Shown here in pieces: positions 1-10,700 of a DNA stretch of 64,000 bases; the first letter of the stretch is position 1, and each line of letters starts with the position of its first letter. The notes beneath the pieces are model-generated. The model saw only the letters and a program-made list of their open reading frames with translations, did no database searches and was not told the DNA's origin. Source of the DNA: a virus (Duplodnaviria; Caudoviricetes); the IMG/VR virus record IMGVR_UViG_3300037454_001182, positions 15,204 through 79,203 of that record, one strand, 5' to 3'. The translations under genes and the position numbers were made by a program.

Positions 1-16
1 CTATCTTCATGTCAAT

Positions 17-3000
17 TCAAATTATATATCGTGAATACCATTTGTGGTCAGTTGCGTTATACACCAGAATCACACCATAAGCCTTAGAATAATAGGTGGT
101 CGTATCACCACTCCAACCGTCAGTCTCACTATGTGCCTCAACATTAGCAGGTAACACGACACTACCTTGTCCGAGGAAATTACTATATGCTATCAGATTT
201 GAGTGCCGGATAACATCTGAACCAGAGGCAGCTATTGTTACATTAGCCGTATTGTCACTTATAATCGTGAACTGTTGGCCAGTCACGGCATCAGTCGGAA
301 GTGTTACCGTGTATGCAGAACTACCCTCGCATAAGATGATGCTGTCAGTCTTTAGGACTGTGTATGCAGAACTTATCTTAGTGAGTTTCTTGATAAGCCC
401 ACCCTGCAAAGATGTTTTGCCCTGTGATTCAATAGCCGTTGGGCCGTAGGCAATAATTGCCGCACGTCCAGATGCCATCGTGGTTGCAAAGATGCAGTAT
501 GAACTATCATTCATCATGTAGAGGTTGGCATTTCTGGCCAACTCTTGCTGACTGGTTGACATGATGGTGTAAGAATCTCCAAGGAGACCAAAACGCAACA
601 CACCATTATCAGCATAGAAGTAATCTCCACTGATAACCAGATTTCCGAACTTACCACTTGAAGCCGTTACCTTACCTGCTATATCTGCATCGGTAGCCTT
701 TAGCGTTCCTGTGGTCGGGTCAATGGAAATCTTGTTTGTCACCGTTCCATCGGAACTCTCAAAGGAAACCTTATCTGCACGAAGTTTGATGATTCCAGTA
801 GTGATGTCAATACCTGTTGTCAACAGGTTATTCTTTGACATGATTTCTGCAACCAGGGGGCAGACACCACCCAGAACGATACCAACGGCATAGATTCGCC
901 AACTACCCATGACGTGACAGATTCCAACCGTAGAGCCTAAAGCACTGGTCATTCTCTTTGTGGCATAATACTTACGCCAACCATTGCCCAAATCAACGAA
1001 TGGCGAATTGATGGTATCTACGACTATCTGTGTGCCGGAATCATCATAGCCGAAGCACAACCTACTCGGAACCAGAGTACCACCGCTATTCTGGACGTAA
1101 GTCTCATTACTGGTAGCAAGGTTCTTACATATCACATAGAATGTGGCATCGTTTCCAGTCAGCAAAGAAAAGTTGGTTCTGCGAGTAAACAACAACTGCC
1201 AGTGGCCATTGACATTATGGCTCACCTGCAACACCTTTCCGAAAGTTCCATCTGTCACCTCAGACGATGTGAAGTCTGCATTTTCTTCTTTGGTGCCAGT
1301 AACGGCCAGAGGATTCACGATGAAGTTATCCAGACCGTTGCCATCACTTTCCTCTGGAACCCATGAAGTGGCCACACTTCCCTCTTCAACCTTATACCAG
1401 AGAATTGTCACAGGGTATGTGCGAGTACCAGAGTTGCCAGTGCCGTTTGCTCCACCCTCTTCGTTGGTGTCATATAGATAGGATTCTATTTCATAGGTCG
1501 CTGTCTTATCTGCTGTGAATGATACGGATGCAGTTCTGGCAGCACCGCCATTCTTGGTGATGTTAAACGACCTGCTCCATGCCCAACTATAACCAATCTC
1601 GCTTGTCGTACTTGCTTCAGTGGAATCCTTTCTACGGTAGATGAACACTTTCAGCACCATGTTTGAGGGCAGCGAGGTTGGAACTATGCCACTTGCTGAC
1701 AGCGTGTAACTCTTACCTGCCTCCAGTTTCAGAGTGCGCTTTCCGAAGCCATACGCATTACTGGTTTCATTGATGATGGAGTGAGGCAGCAAGTTCGGGC
1801 CATAACCCTTTACACCTGCTACGGCATTGGATATTGCCAGACTGATTGCGTCACCTGCAGTAATGTTCACTTGGTCACCATCAATCTTCACACCGCTCTG
1901 AATCTTATACCCACCATTGCCATCACTCACCTTGGTTACGAATGTTCCCAAATGAGCCTGTGCAAGAATGTTACCGTCTGCATCGGTAGCCTGTGAGAAA
2001 AGTGTTGCCCAATCGGATGAGGTGATGAACCCACTCGAATTGACCACACCATTAGCGGATGCCATAGCCACGGCACGGATATAGCCAGGGAGATTCTGGA
2101 TAACGCTGTGATTCGATTCTTGCAGAACCTCCCAATCAGAACCGTTGTACATTCTGATAAAGATACCACCCTCAACCTCTCTGTTTGCATCACCAACAGG
2201 GAAATTGGTATCTGTGAAAGTTATCTGGGAACAGAGAATGTCATACAGTTTAGGAGTGACCAACGAGGGCTTCAACCTAAAGATTCGGATGGTATAAGTT
2301 CCAGTCAGTTCATACACGGACTTGAACACGTTCTGGAAGAGGTCGTTTTCGATAGTAACCCAACTACCACTCTCAAAACGCTTCACCACGTTAGTATTGG
2401 CACCGTAGGCCATATCACCATTGGCATTTGCCGTACTCGGTATGGTTGCACCAAGGTAGATATTGACGTACTGGTTTATGCTCTTGTCACGGATATATCC
2501 ACCATCGTAAGTATAGACCATGTTCGCCATTGATGCAAGCAACAGACGTGGGTCTCTCTTCTCTGTGATGTCCTTTAGGTTGGCCCAATAATTGCTGACA
2601 GTGTAGCTATTGTTTCCAGAGGCAAGTGCCGTAGTACACACCATCATTTCGTTGGTGTCTGACTGCAACCACAAATCACCCACCTTGAACGGAGGCGTAG
2701 GGGGTGTGTTGGATGAAGACACAAAGTAGGACACATGAGAGACGGATATTGCAGCGACCAAATCAGAACGCTCTTTGTAGTAATTGCTCCAGATAGTCTT
2801 GAAGAGGCTACCACTGATAGCCGTATCACCACTGGCAACGAGAATACTGCCAGCCATTGTGTTGTAAGTGACGTGCCTGTTGGTCGTGCTGTCTGTCTTG
2901 TCATAGAGGTAGTTACCCAGACGATAGAAAGCGTTGGTGTATGCAGAAGAATCTACATGGGTCTTGTTAGCCTGTGCGATAATCTTTTCATATTCATTGT

Positions 3001-6000
3001 ATGCTGCATCCCATTCACGAAGCACGGTCAGTTTCTCAAAGGGTGTCAGAATGTTATCGGCTGCAAGGTTATCCAACTCTCCGAGGGCATCATCACCAGA
3101 CTTCTTAGCAACGTCCACAAACAGGTCTTGAAGTGCGGTACGCTTGTTATAGTACCCATCCCAAGCGGCGTTGAAGTCCAACTTTTGCTGTGCTGTCAAC
3201 GTCTCTGTTCTGGTGAGGTATGTACCTAACCATGAGGGCGTAGGAAAGTTGGCAGGTGTGTTACCACTCGCAAACGAATACTCATAGGTGGTTCCACCAT
3301 TCAACAGGGTAGCCAGAGTATTGAACGCTGTGATGTACTGCGATGAGGCTGTCTGCAACTCTGTTTTCATCGTACCACTTTCAAGCGCATTGGTGTATGT
3401 GTTTGACTGCGATATGAGTACAGGGTATTCAGTCACCACCTCGCGCCAGTTCAAAAGGAGCGTGTTCTTTTCAGCAGGTGTTATCTTGCCATCGGACACT
3501 ATATCATCCAGTCTGTGAAGTGCATCATCGGCCAGAGCCTTTGAATACTCTGCAAAGTCATTCAACAGCTTAACACTCGCATAGTAGTAGGTATTCCAGA
3601 GTTGGCGGTACTTGGTAGCGGTGTATGCAACAGAGGAACTTCCATCGGTGTATGAGTAATTGCCAATCACCGTGTTTGCTTGCAGGTCTCGCAACCACAA
3701 CAACTGCTGACCATTATACAAAAGGACGGTTCTGTTGGTAGCGTCTTTGTTCACCTCTTCTTGACCGCCTCCGTATGTGCCACCATTCAGCATGAGAATG
3801 AGCGCGTCAAAGGCACTCTCAAAAGCGGCCTCATCTTGATAGTAGCCGTATTCCCTTGATGCGTGGTCTTGATTTCCAAACGTTGTGAATCCGTAGGCCG
3901 TAGCCCTTGCCACATAGTCGAAATACTCTTCTTTGGTACGCATCCACTCCTTATAGAGTTCGCTCTTTTCTGTGCCTCCACTGATGATGCCATCGGACAC
4001 TATATCATCTATGAGGTCTTTTGCCTTTTCTGGGAGTGCATCAACGAAAGTAGCCAGAGCGCTATAATAATTTGCCCACCTCTCCCTGTATGTTACAGGG
4101 CTGTTGATGGTGGTGTCTGCATACAGGTTTGCGAACCATGCAGGGGTGAGATAGATGCCGTTGCTGTCTTTGCCTAAATCGCTCCAGTTATTCAGCATAT
4201 TGGCCAGAGCAAGGAAAGCAGCATGATAGGCGTTCCACTCGGTAGTGATTCCGTAGTCAACGGCTCTCACGGCATACTCTTCATGTTCGCTCAACGCTTT
4301 CTTCCAGTCAACGAACACCCTTATCTTTTCGGCTCCACCTGTCAATACGCCATCACTGGCTACGTCTGCAATCTTTTCCAGAGAGGCCAAAGTGTCTGCG
4401 TCCGTAATCTCATCCCAATAGTAGGTGACAGTGCCGTTACTCTCTACTGCAATCCATCGCCATGCCCGGCCTCCAGTAGATGCAGGGGTGCGTGTGGTGT
4501 CGTAGAAAATATCCTGTGCGTGTAACGCTTTGAGTGAATCAGTAGGCCACTCGCTTGCAGGGTAGTTAGGTGTTGCACTCGGACTGTCCTTTGATGGAAG
4601 AGGTGCGCCAGAGCCAAACCAAATGTCAAACTTCTTATCGGCTTGATTCTTGATGTCATTCAGTTGCTCTATCAATGCCCTCAACTGGTCTTCGATGGTG
4701 TTGCCATCACCTGTATTGCCGTGGGTCTCATCCACGACTGAATGGAACTCGCCATAAATGACGTTCTTTGACGGTGACAACAGCAAGGTAGGGTCTGGAA
4801 GAGTGAAATGCTCCACACCAACACCCGAATACTCCATGATGGCAGGTGAACCCGCGCCCTCGACTTTGAGGTAGATAACACCCTGTCTGGCCGCATTAGT
4901 CCAGTTACCCATCTGTACGATGGCATCCTCTGCCTCTGGATATGCGCTACCTGCTTCATAGTCTGTGGAAACCATGTTGGATAAGTCCACATACTGATAC
5001 TGCTTTGAGGCCAATTCTGGGGCCTGTGGCTGCGTTTCTTGCAGTGATGGTATAATTCCTCTACCCACTGCCAAAACTCGCCTCCAGTAGCGTTTATTTG
5101 ACGTGTTGGAATGTACGCCAGAATCTATGTTGAATGTCTCACACAAGGCTTGGTCATTCGCTGCCCATCTGTTTTCTGTGGCTGTGGTGCCATCATCAGA
5201 GTACAGGTAGCAACGGAACTTCTTAACGAGGGGGATATTTGCGGCTGCTTTTGTCAGAACAACATCGCTTGCTCCCAACCACTCCACATAGTAGATTCGG
5301 CTTCCGGCTGCTGAGAAAGCATAGTTTCCACCGACATAGGAGATTTCTCTGATTTCCAGAGAGGCGAAGAAAGCCTTAACCCTCACCAACAGCTCATCGA
5401 CCTCTAACCGTGTCCTACGATTGCCGCCAATGGTCTTTTCTATCAGTTCAAAGCCTTTGCCGAAAAGGTTATCCTCGTTGGCTGCTCCATACGTCTGATA
5501 GTCTTTGGTCTGAACGCCTCTTCTCTGGCCATTGCCAGGATTGAACGTCCAAAGGGAACTGATGCTATCATCCCTGTCTTTACGAGCAAACGACCGCTCT
5601 GTTTTCAGTGCGGAATAGACGTTGCCATCACTTGGCTCTGTATCTTCATTCGTGGTGATGATGTAGATGTTTGAACTGCCACCATAGGCGATGTAGTTAC
5701 TGCCTTGGTAGTTGATGGCATCCATGGCCTCATTGATTTTGGCCTCGGTGTCTCTCTTACTGGAATAGGTGGCACTCTCACCGACATAGATAACAGCACC
5801 ATCGTAGGGCATATCCATCTTATACTCGAAGCCTATCACCCTCGAATTGCGACTGCCACCCTCAAAGAAGTTGTCATTGACCAGACAGATGCGCTGACCC
5901 AATGGGAATGAGCCGACCTTGGTATATGTAGAATCTTGATTGCCGGAACGATCAAGACCAAACATATAATCGGCCATCATCTTACATGGATATACGTTGG

Positions 6001-7315
6001 GGTCTGTGTGGAGTTTCTGCGCATACTCCTGTGTTCTGGTCAGCACCTCATTCTCTGCGGCTGTCACCAGTCCTAATCCAGATTGAATCTTCTTTACGTT
6101 CCAACCCAACAGGACAAATGAGTTAGCCCTTGCAGGTTTCAGTGTCTCGTTTGGAAGATAGAGGCCGTAGGTCTCATTGCGGACAATCTCAAACCACTGT
6201 GAATCTGGATTGACTGCACCGTTCACTTTATCTGGCTCATCGTCTGGATTGAAAGCAAGGTCGAATATCATGCCATTCAATGCACCACTCTGGAACTGCA
6301 CTTGAAGATTCTGGCCGGGCAATATGTAATCCTTTGAGAACTCGAGAGACGAACACTTGAACCGATAGATGGGCACGGTAATGGTGGCGTTCTCATCGTC
6401 TGAGGTCTCATCCTTTACCTCGCGCATATCAGTTTGCAGGTCGGTAATCTCACAGTCCATGTGAGGGTACACATCATCGAATATGACAACTCCCTCGACT
6501 ATCTCATCATCGGAAAGGCCATTGACAATATCCACATACGGAGTGGCCTCTGGCAGCATGACGCGCTTCTGTACCACTCCGTTCATAAGTACCTGCTCAT
6601 CATTCTGGCGGTAGTCAGGCGGTATGTTCCTGTCTGAACCAAAGGCGTAGAGACGTGTGATATACTCCTGTTCGCTCTTCTCGCTGCCCATATCCTCGAC
6701 ATTCACGCCAACCTCGAAGTTGACAGCGGAACCAGTCTCACACTTGCCGAAGTGGATAACGCTATCCTCAATCCACCATTCACATTCAAAGGCTTCAGCA
6801 ATCTGGGTCAAAGCATCCAACAGGTACTTGTTATTGTACTGGATGAAGATGTTACGACTGGCTGATTCGATGGTGTACGATGCAGGGTCAACGGTGTAGT
6901 TCCATCCGTAGAACTCCAGATTACGGAGGAACACCGCCATGTGGTTTTGCAGTTTGTCAGTCAGTGACCAGTTAGCCTCATTCCTGTGTGTGGATGGCTC
7001 AAACTTGAACAGCTTGTTATTCCATTTGTAGTGAGGTGCGTCAAACTGAAGGTCATAGTTATAGCCTCCAGTAGAGGCGTTAAACGTGGGCTTCTGGGGT
7101 TTCGTTATCTCAAAGCGGCCTCTCAAAGCAGGGTCAAAGTCCTGCCCTATCTGGATATAGTCACCGAGAGAGACAGCGAACTTATTGGACGTTGTGAATA
7201 CCAGGCGCACATAATCCTCTTTCATCAACTCGAACTTGCGAACTGATGAAGCCTCGAATACGGCTGAATGTTTCACCGTGCCGTTTCTTCCTACTATGTC
7301 TATTGTTGCTGCCAT
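17..7315 (-). CDS. Large tail spike/fibre (host-specificity) protein, 2432 aa
   Basis: Follows the tape measure and distal-tail genes. N-terminal ~550 aa resemble Bacteroidetes phage tail-hub proteins; four internal DxxSDGxxTxxEK...W repeats; CBM-like GPNLL...KVEEGSVATSW segment; C-terminal fibre-type motif. Confidence 0.8.
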   Translation of the reverse strand: MAATIDIVGRNGTVKHSAVFEASSVRKFELMKEDYVRLVFTTSNKFAVSLGDYIQIGQDFDPALRGRFEITKPQKPTFNASTGGYNYDLQFDAPHYKWNNKLFKFEPSTHRNEANWSLTDKLQNHMAVFLRNLEFYGWNYTVDPASYTIESASRNIFIQYNNKYLLDALTQIAEAFECEWWIEDSVIHFGKCETGSAVNFEVGVNVEDMGSEKSEQEYITRLYAFGSDRNIPPDYRQNDEQVLMNGVVQKRVMLPEATPYVDIVNGLSDDEIVEGVVIFDDVYPHMDCEITDLQTDMREVKDETSDDENATITVPIYRFKCSSLEFSKDYILPGQNLQVQFQSGALNGMIFDLAFNPDDEPDKVNGAVNPDSQWFEIVRNETYGLYLPNETLKPARANSFVLLGWNVKKIQSGLGLVTAAENEVLTRTQEYAQKLHTDPNVYPCKMMADYMFGLDRSGNQDSTYTKVGSFPLGQRICLVNDNFFEGGSRNSRVIGFEYKMDMPYDGAVIYVGESATYSSKRDTEAKINEAMDAINYQGSNYIAYGGSSNIYIITTNEDTEPSDGNVYSALKTERSFARKDRDDSISSLWTFNPGNGQRRGVQTKDYQTYGAANEDNLFGKGFELIEKTIGGNRRTRLEVDELLVRVKAFFASLEIREISYVGGNYAFSAAGSRIYYVEWLGASDVVLTKAAANIPLVKKFRCYLYSDDGTTATENRWAANDQALCETFNIDSGVHSNTSNKRYWRRVLAVGRGIIPSLQETQPQAPELASKQYQYVDLSNMVSTDYEAGSAYPEAEDAIVQMGNWTNAARQGVIYLKVEGAGSPAIMEYSGVGVEHFTLPDPTLLLSPSKNVIYGEFHSVVDETHGNTGDGNTIEDQLRALIEQLNDIKNQADKKFDIWFGSGAPLPSKDSPSATPNYPASEWPTDSLKALHAQDIFYDTTRTPASTGGRAWRWIAVESNGTVTYYWDEITDADTLASLEKIADVASDGVLTGGAEKIRVFVDWKKALSEHEEYAVRAVDYGITTEWNAYHAAFLALANMLNNWSDLGKDSNGIYLTPAWFANLYADTTINSPVTYRERWANYYSALATFVDALPEKAKDLIDDIVSDGIISGGTEKSELYKEWMRTKEEYFDYVARATAYGFTTFGNQDHASREYGYYQDEAAFESAFDALILMLNGGTYGGGQEEVNKDATNRTVLLYNGQQLLWLRDLQANTVIGNYSYTDGSSSVAYTATKYRQLWNTYYYASVKLLNDFAEYSKALADDALHRLDDIVSDGKITPAEKNTLLLNWREVVTEYPVLISQSNTYTNALESGTMKTELQTASSQYITAFNTLATLLNGGTTYEYSFASGNTPANFPTPSWLGTYLTRTETLTAQQKLDFNAAWDGYYNKRTALQDLFVDVAKKSGDDALGELDNLAADNILTPFEKLTVLREWDAAYNEYEKIIAQANKTHVDSSAYTNAFYRLGNYLYDKTDSTTNRHVTYNTMAGSILVASGDTAISGSLFKTIWSNYYKERSDLVAAISVSHVSYFVSSSNTPPTPPFKVGDLWLQSDTNEMMVCTTALASGNNSYTVSNYWANLKDITEKRDPRLLLASMANMVYTYDGGYIRDKSINQYVNIYLGATIPSTANANGDMAYGANTNVVKRFESGSWVTIENDLFQNVFKSVYELTGTYTIRIFRLKPSLVTPKLYDILCSQITFTDTNFPVGDANREVEGGIFIRMYNGSDWEVLQESNHSVIQNLPGYIRAVAMASANGVVNSSGFITSSDWATLFSQATDADGNILAQAHLGTFVTKVSDGNGGYKIQSGVKIDGDQVNITAGDAISLAISNAVAGVKGYGPNLLPHSIINETSNAYGFGKRTLKLEAGKSYTLSASGIVPTSLPSNMVLKVFIYRRKDSTEASTTSEIGYSWAWSRSFNITKNGGAARTASVSFTADKTATYEIESYLYDTNEEGGANGTGNSGTRTYPVTILWYKVEEGSVATSWVPEESDGNGLDNFIVNPLAVTGTKEENADFTSSEVTDGTFGKVLQVSHNVNGHWQLLFTRRTNFSLLTGNDATFYVICKNLATSNETYVQNSGGTLVPSRLCFGYDDSGTQIVVDTINSPFVDLGNGWRKYYATKRMTSALGSTVGICHVMGSWRIYAVGIVLGGVCPLVAEIMSKNNLLTTGIDITTGIIKLRADKVSFESSDGTVTNKISIDPTTGTLKATDADIAGKVTASSGKFGNLVISGDYFYADNGVLRFGLLGDSYTIMSTSQQELARNANLYMMNDSSYCIFATTMASGRAAIIAYGPTAIESQGKTSLQGGLIKKLTKISSAYTVLKTDSIILCEGSSAYTVTLPTDAVTGQQFTIISDNTANVTIAASGSDVIRHSNLIAYSNFLGQGSVVLPANVEAHSETDGWSGDTTTYYSKAYGVILVYNATDHKWYSRYII

Positions 7316-7317
7316 TA

Positions 7318-7713
7318 TTAACGGTTGTTAGGGTTATACTCTCTCAGTCTCAGAACGAACTTTCCAACGCCACGCATGAACTGGCTGAACTGCTGACAGG
7401 AAAGATAGAGGCAATGGTACGTTGAACCAAGCACGCCTATATCGACCTTACCAGTCTTTAACTCCGCACACAAAGCGGCATATCTGGTTAGGAACTCTGA
7501 TTCATTCGCGCCATACACTCCGAGATTCAGAGTGAAGTCACGATAATTCACATAGGCGGCATCCTCTGTCACCACTCTTACACCATGCTCCAAACGGCTT
7601 GAACTCTGCACCCTGTCTTTCATCGGTGGTGGTGTCAGAAGTTGACCGACCGAACTCTCATCAAGGTAGATACCTGCCAGAGTTTTGCTGTTTATCGTTA
7701 CTGCTACTGCCAT
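7318..7713 (-). CDS. Putative distal tail (Dit-like) protein
   Basis: 131 aa between tape measure and tail spike; position is typical of Dit. Confidence 0.6.
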   Translation of the reverse strand: MAVAVTINSKTLAGIYLDESSVGQLLTPPPMKDRVQSSSRLEHGVRVVTEDAAYVNYRDFTLNLGVYGANESEFLTRYAALCAELKTGKVDIGVLGSTYHCLYLSCQQFSQFMRGVGKFVLRLREYNPNNR

Positions 7714-7714
7714 A

Positions 7715-10700
7715 TTATTTCGTCTGGGTTACTATTTTGTCTAACTGTTGCTCGAACTTCTGATAAGCCTTTTTGTTGGCTTCCAGAATGTCCTCAAGGA
7801 ATGCGTTATTTGTTATCATCAAGTTTCGTATTTCTACGAGTGTCAGATTACGACCGTCTGCAAGAGCGGATAAGGCTGCAAGGGTCGTGACCATCGAAGT
7901 GATGCCCTCGCTGATTCTCTCACCTGACATCTGGAGTGCGGTAAAACGTCCATTCAGTTCATCGGCTGTGTCTTGGCCCATGGAACTCCAACCGCCAGTA
8001 GATACGTTCTGCTCGTAGGGGTCTTTGTTGGACTTTATCATTCCAGAGGCTTGCATATTCTCACGCCATGCCAGAGACTTGTCTGAAATGGCTTGGTTCA
8101 TCTGCTCTATTCTGGCTTTCTCTGCGGCATCAATCATTCCATCCTCTGAGGCTTTAGCGATATAGTCATACAGTGCCTTAATATCATCTTTCAGTGTCTC
8201 ATTCACGAAACTCTCAACAAGGGCGTTTGTGATAAGTTCCTGTATGTGGTCTGCGAAATCCTCTGTTGTGCTATCCAGATTCTTCAACATGGACTTATAG
8301 GAATCCATGAAGCCATCCCACGAATAGCCAGTCAACTTCTCATTGAGTGCCGATGTCAGTTCATCAATCTTGCCAGAACGAGCGATATACTCATTCACCA
8401 AATCCTGTGGGTTACGGTGGCCATCGGTAGAGAAAAGTTCTGCCCATCTGGTAGGAGCGAAATCACGGAGCAACTGCATTTCCTCTGGGGTGAGGTTCCA
8501 CATACTACCTGCGCTATTGACCGTACTCGAATAGCCATGCTCACGCAAAATCTGGTTGAACTCATTCCAACCTGCCCATCCGCTGCCCTGTGAGTTGGCA
8601 TTGAATGAGTGTTTACCACCGAGGCCCAGGAATCCATAACCGCTGTTAGCATACTCTGATGCCCTGTCATTGATAGCCCTGCGTTGGTTGGCCTCCCAAT
8701 CCCTTTCAGCATCAAGAGCCTTGCGGTATGCTTCAACGGATTCTTTGTTGGTAGAAGTGGAATCACTAATCTTACTTGCCAACTTCTCAATGGAATCAGA
8801 AAGAATCTCATTCACTCTTGCCAGTTCGGCAATTTCTTTTTCCATTTCATCCTCATTGCCACGACCTGCAAAGATATTGATTCCCATTCGAGCAAACCCG
8901 GCCACTCCATCCAGAACACCGTTAATGGCACCGAACACATCACCCTTTGCAAGCGCACCGATGGCAGAAGTGAAACCATTCACGCCATCTGCGAACCCAT
9001 GCACGGCTTGACCGAAATCGGTATTCTCAACCCCAATCTTATCAATGAAGTCTGCCATGCTCTGGCTGTTCTCGTTGATGAGGTTGATAATGCCCATTGC
9101 TCCACCTCCTTGACTGCTTACTGCGTTCTTGAAGATGTCACCGATGGAACTGCCGGACAACATCGCATTGGCATTAGACACCTTTTTCTGGGCGTTAGAT
9201 GTATCTTCCATCGCTTCGCCCAAATCAGTAGTGGCTATCTGCAACTGGTCGAAAGCCTCTGACAGTCTTTGCCCTGCCTCGCTTGTCTCATCTATGCCGT
9301 ACAACTCGAAGATGTCAAGTTTCTGGTCTGGCGTGACTGTGTTCAAATCGAGGTCAACGTGCATGTCTTCACCGACAACCTCATGTATCTGGTCAATGAT
9401 AGCAAGCTGCAACCCTGTGACCACATCCATTGCCTCTTGCTGCTCACGGAGTTTTCTATTATACTCATCCTGTGCCTCTGCTGCGGCTCTGGTCAGTCTC
9501 TCACGCTCTTTCAAAGCAGGTATGAGTGAACTCCAGACGTTGGTACGCTCACTAATCTTATCCTCAATCTCCAGAATCTTCTCAGCCAACAGTTTTGCGT
9601 TCTCTGGTGAAATGTCTTTCATGTCGAGTGCGGCCTTTAACTTGGCTTTCAGTTGACGAAGTGCTTCAGTAGATTGTCTGTCAAGATTATCAAACAGCGT
9701 TTCCCAGTCGATAGAGTTCTGTAACTCTGTCATATCCAGTTCCGCAATGAGACGGTCACGCTCTTTTTCGAGCGCGGCTTTCTGGATGGCATCTTGCTCC
9801 TTGGCTATCTTGTTAGCATACTCGGCTGCAATGGCGGCTTTCTGGTCTTGGATGGAACCATACTCTTTGATGTAGTCATAGAGGTGCTGCAAATCCTCTT
9901 GCCTCAGATTTTCCAGTGCGCGATTGTGTTCAACCTCGGCTGCTCTCAGTCGCTCACGATAGTTTGCGGTCTCAGCATCGGTATAGTCAGTATTGACGGT
10001 GCTTTCATCGAAAGCCTTGCCCTTGTTATCTGGGTTAGCCTCCCACAACTGGCGAGCCTCATCAATCTTCTTTTGTCTGAGGTCTGCGTATGCACGTTCT
10101 ATTTCCTCTTTCTGTCTTTCAAAGTCAAGATTGATTTGGGCTGCTTGTTTACGGCTACCCTCTTCCATCGCGTCAATGGTGGCTTGGGTAGTGGCAAACT
10201 CCATGTCCTTTGCAGCACGTTCACGGTCGAGCCTCTGTCTGCGCAACAGGTCTTGGTATTTCTGTTCCTGTTTGATGCGCTGCGCCCTCTCATTTGCGGC
10301 TTGCCTGTCACTATTCTTAGATTTGGTAGAGACATCACCACCTACTGCGGCAAAGGCATCCTTGGCGGTGGATAACTCCGACTGTGCGGCAATTCTTTCC
10401 TCTTTGGTGTACTTGCTACGATTGGCATCTATCTCTGCAAGTTTCTTTATGGCTGCATCATAGCGAGATTTGGCTGCATCGTATTCCTGTTGAAGTGAGG
10501 TTGCACCACCCTCTACGGTCTGCGCTGTCAGTCCATTCAGTTTAGCCAGGGCGGCGTTTAACTGCATCTGGAGAGTAGTCCAGTTGAACTTGAACTGTGC
10601 ATTAAGAAAGAAGTCCACTTGATTACTACCGTCACTCTCGGCTTTCTCCTTGATGCCTTTGAGTGCGTCCAGAATCTTTTGCTTCTCAGTCAACTCCAGA

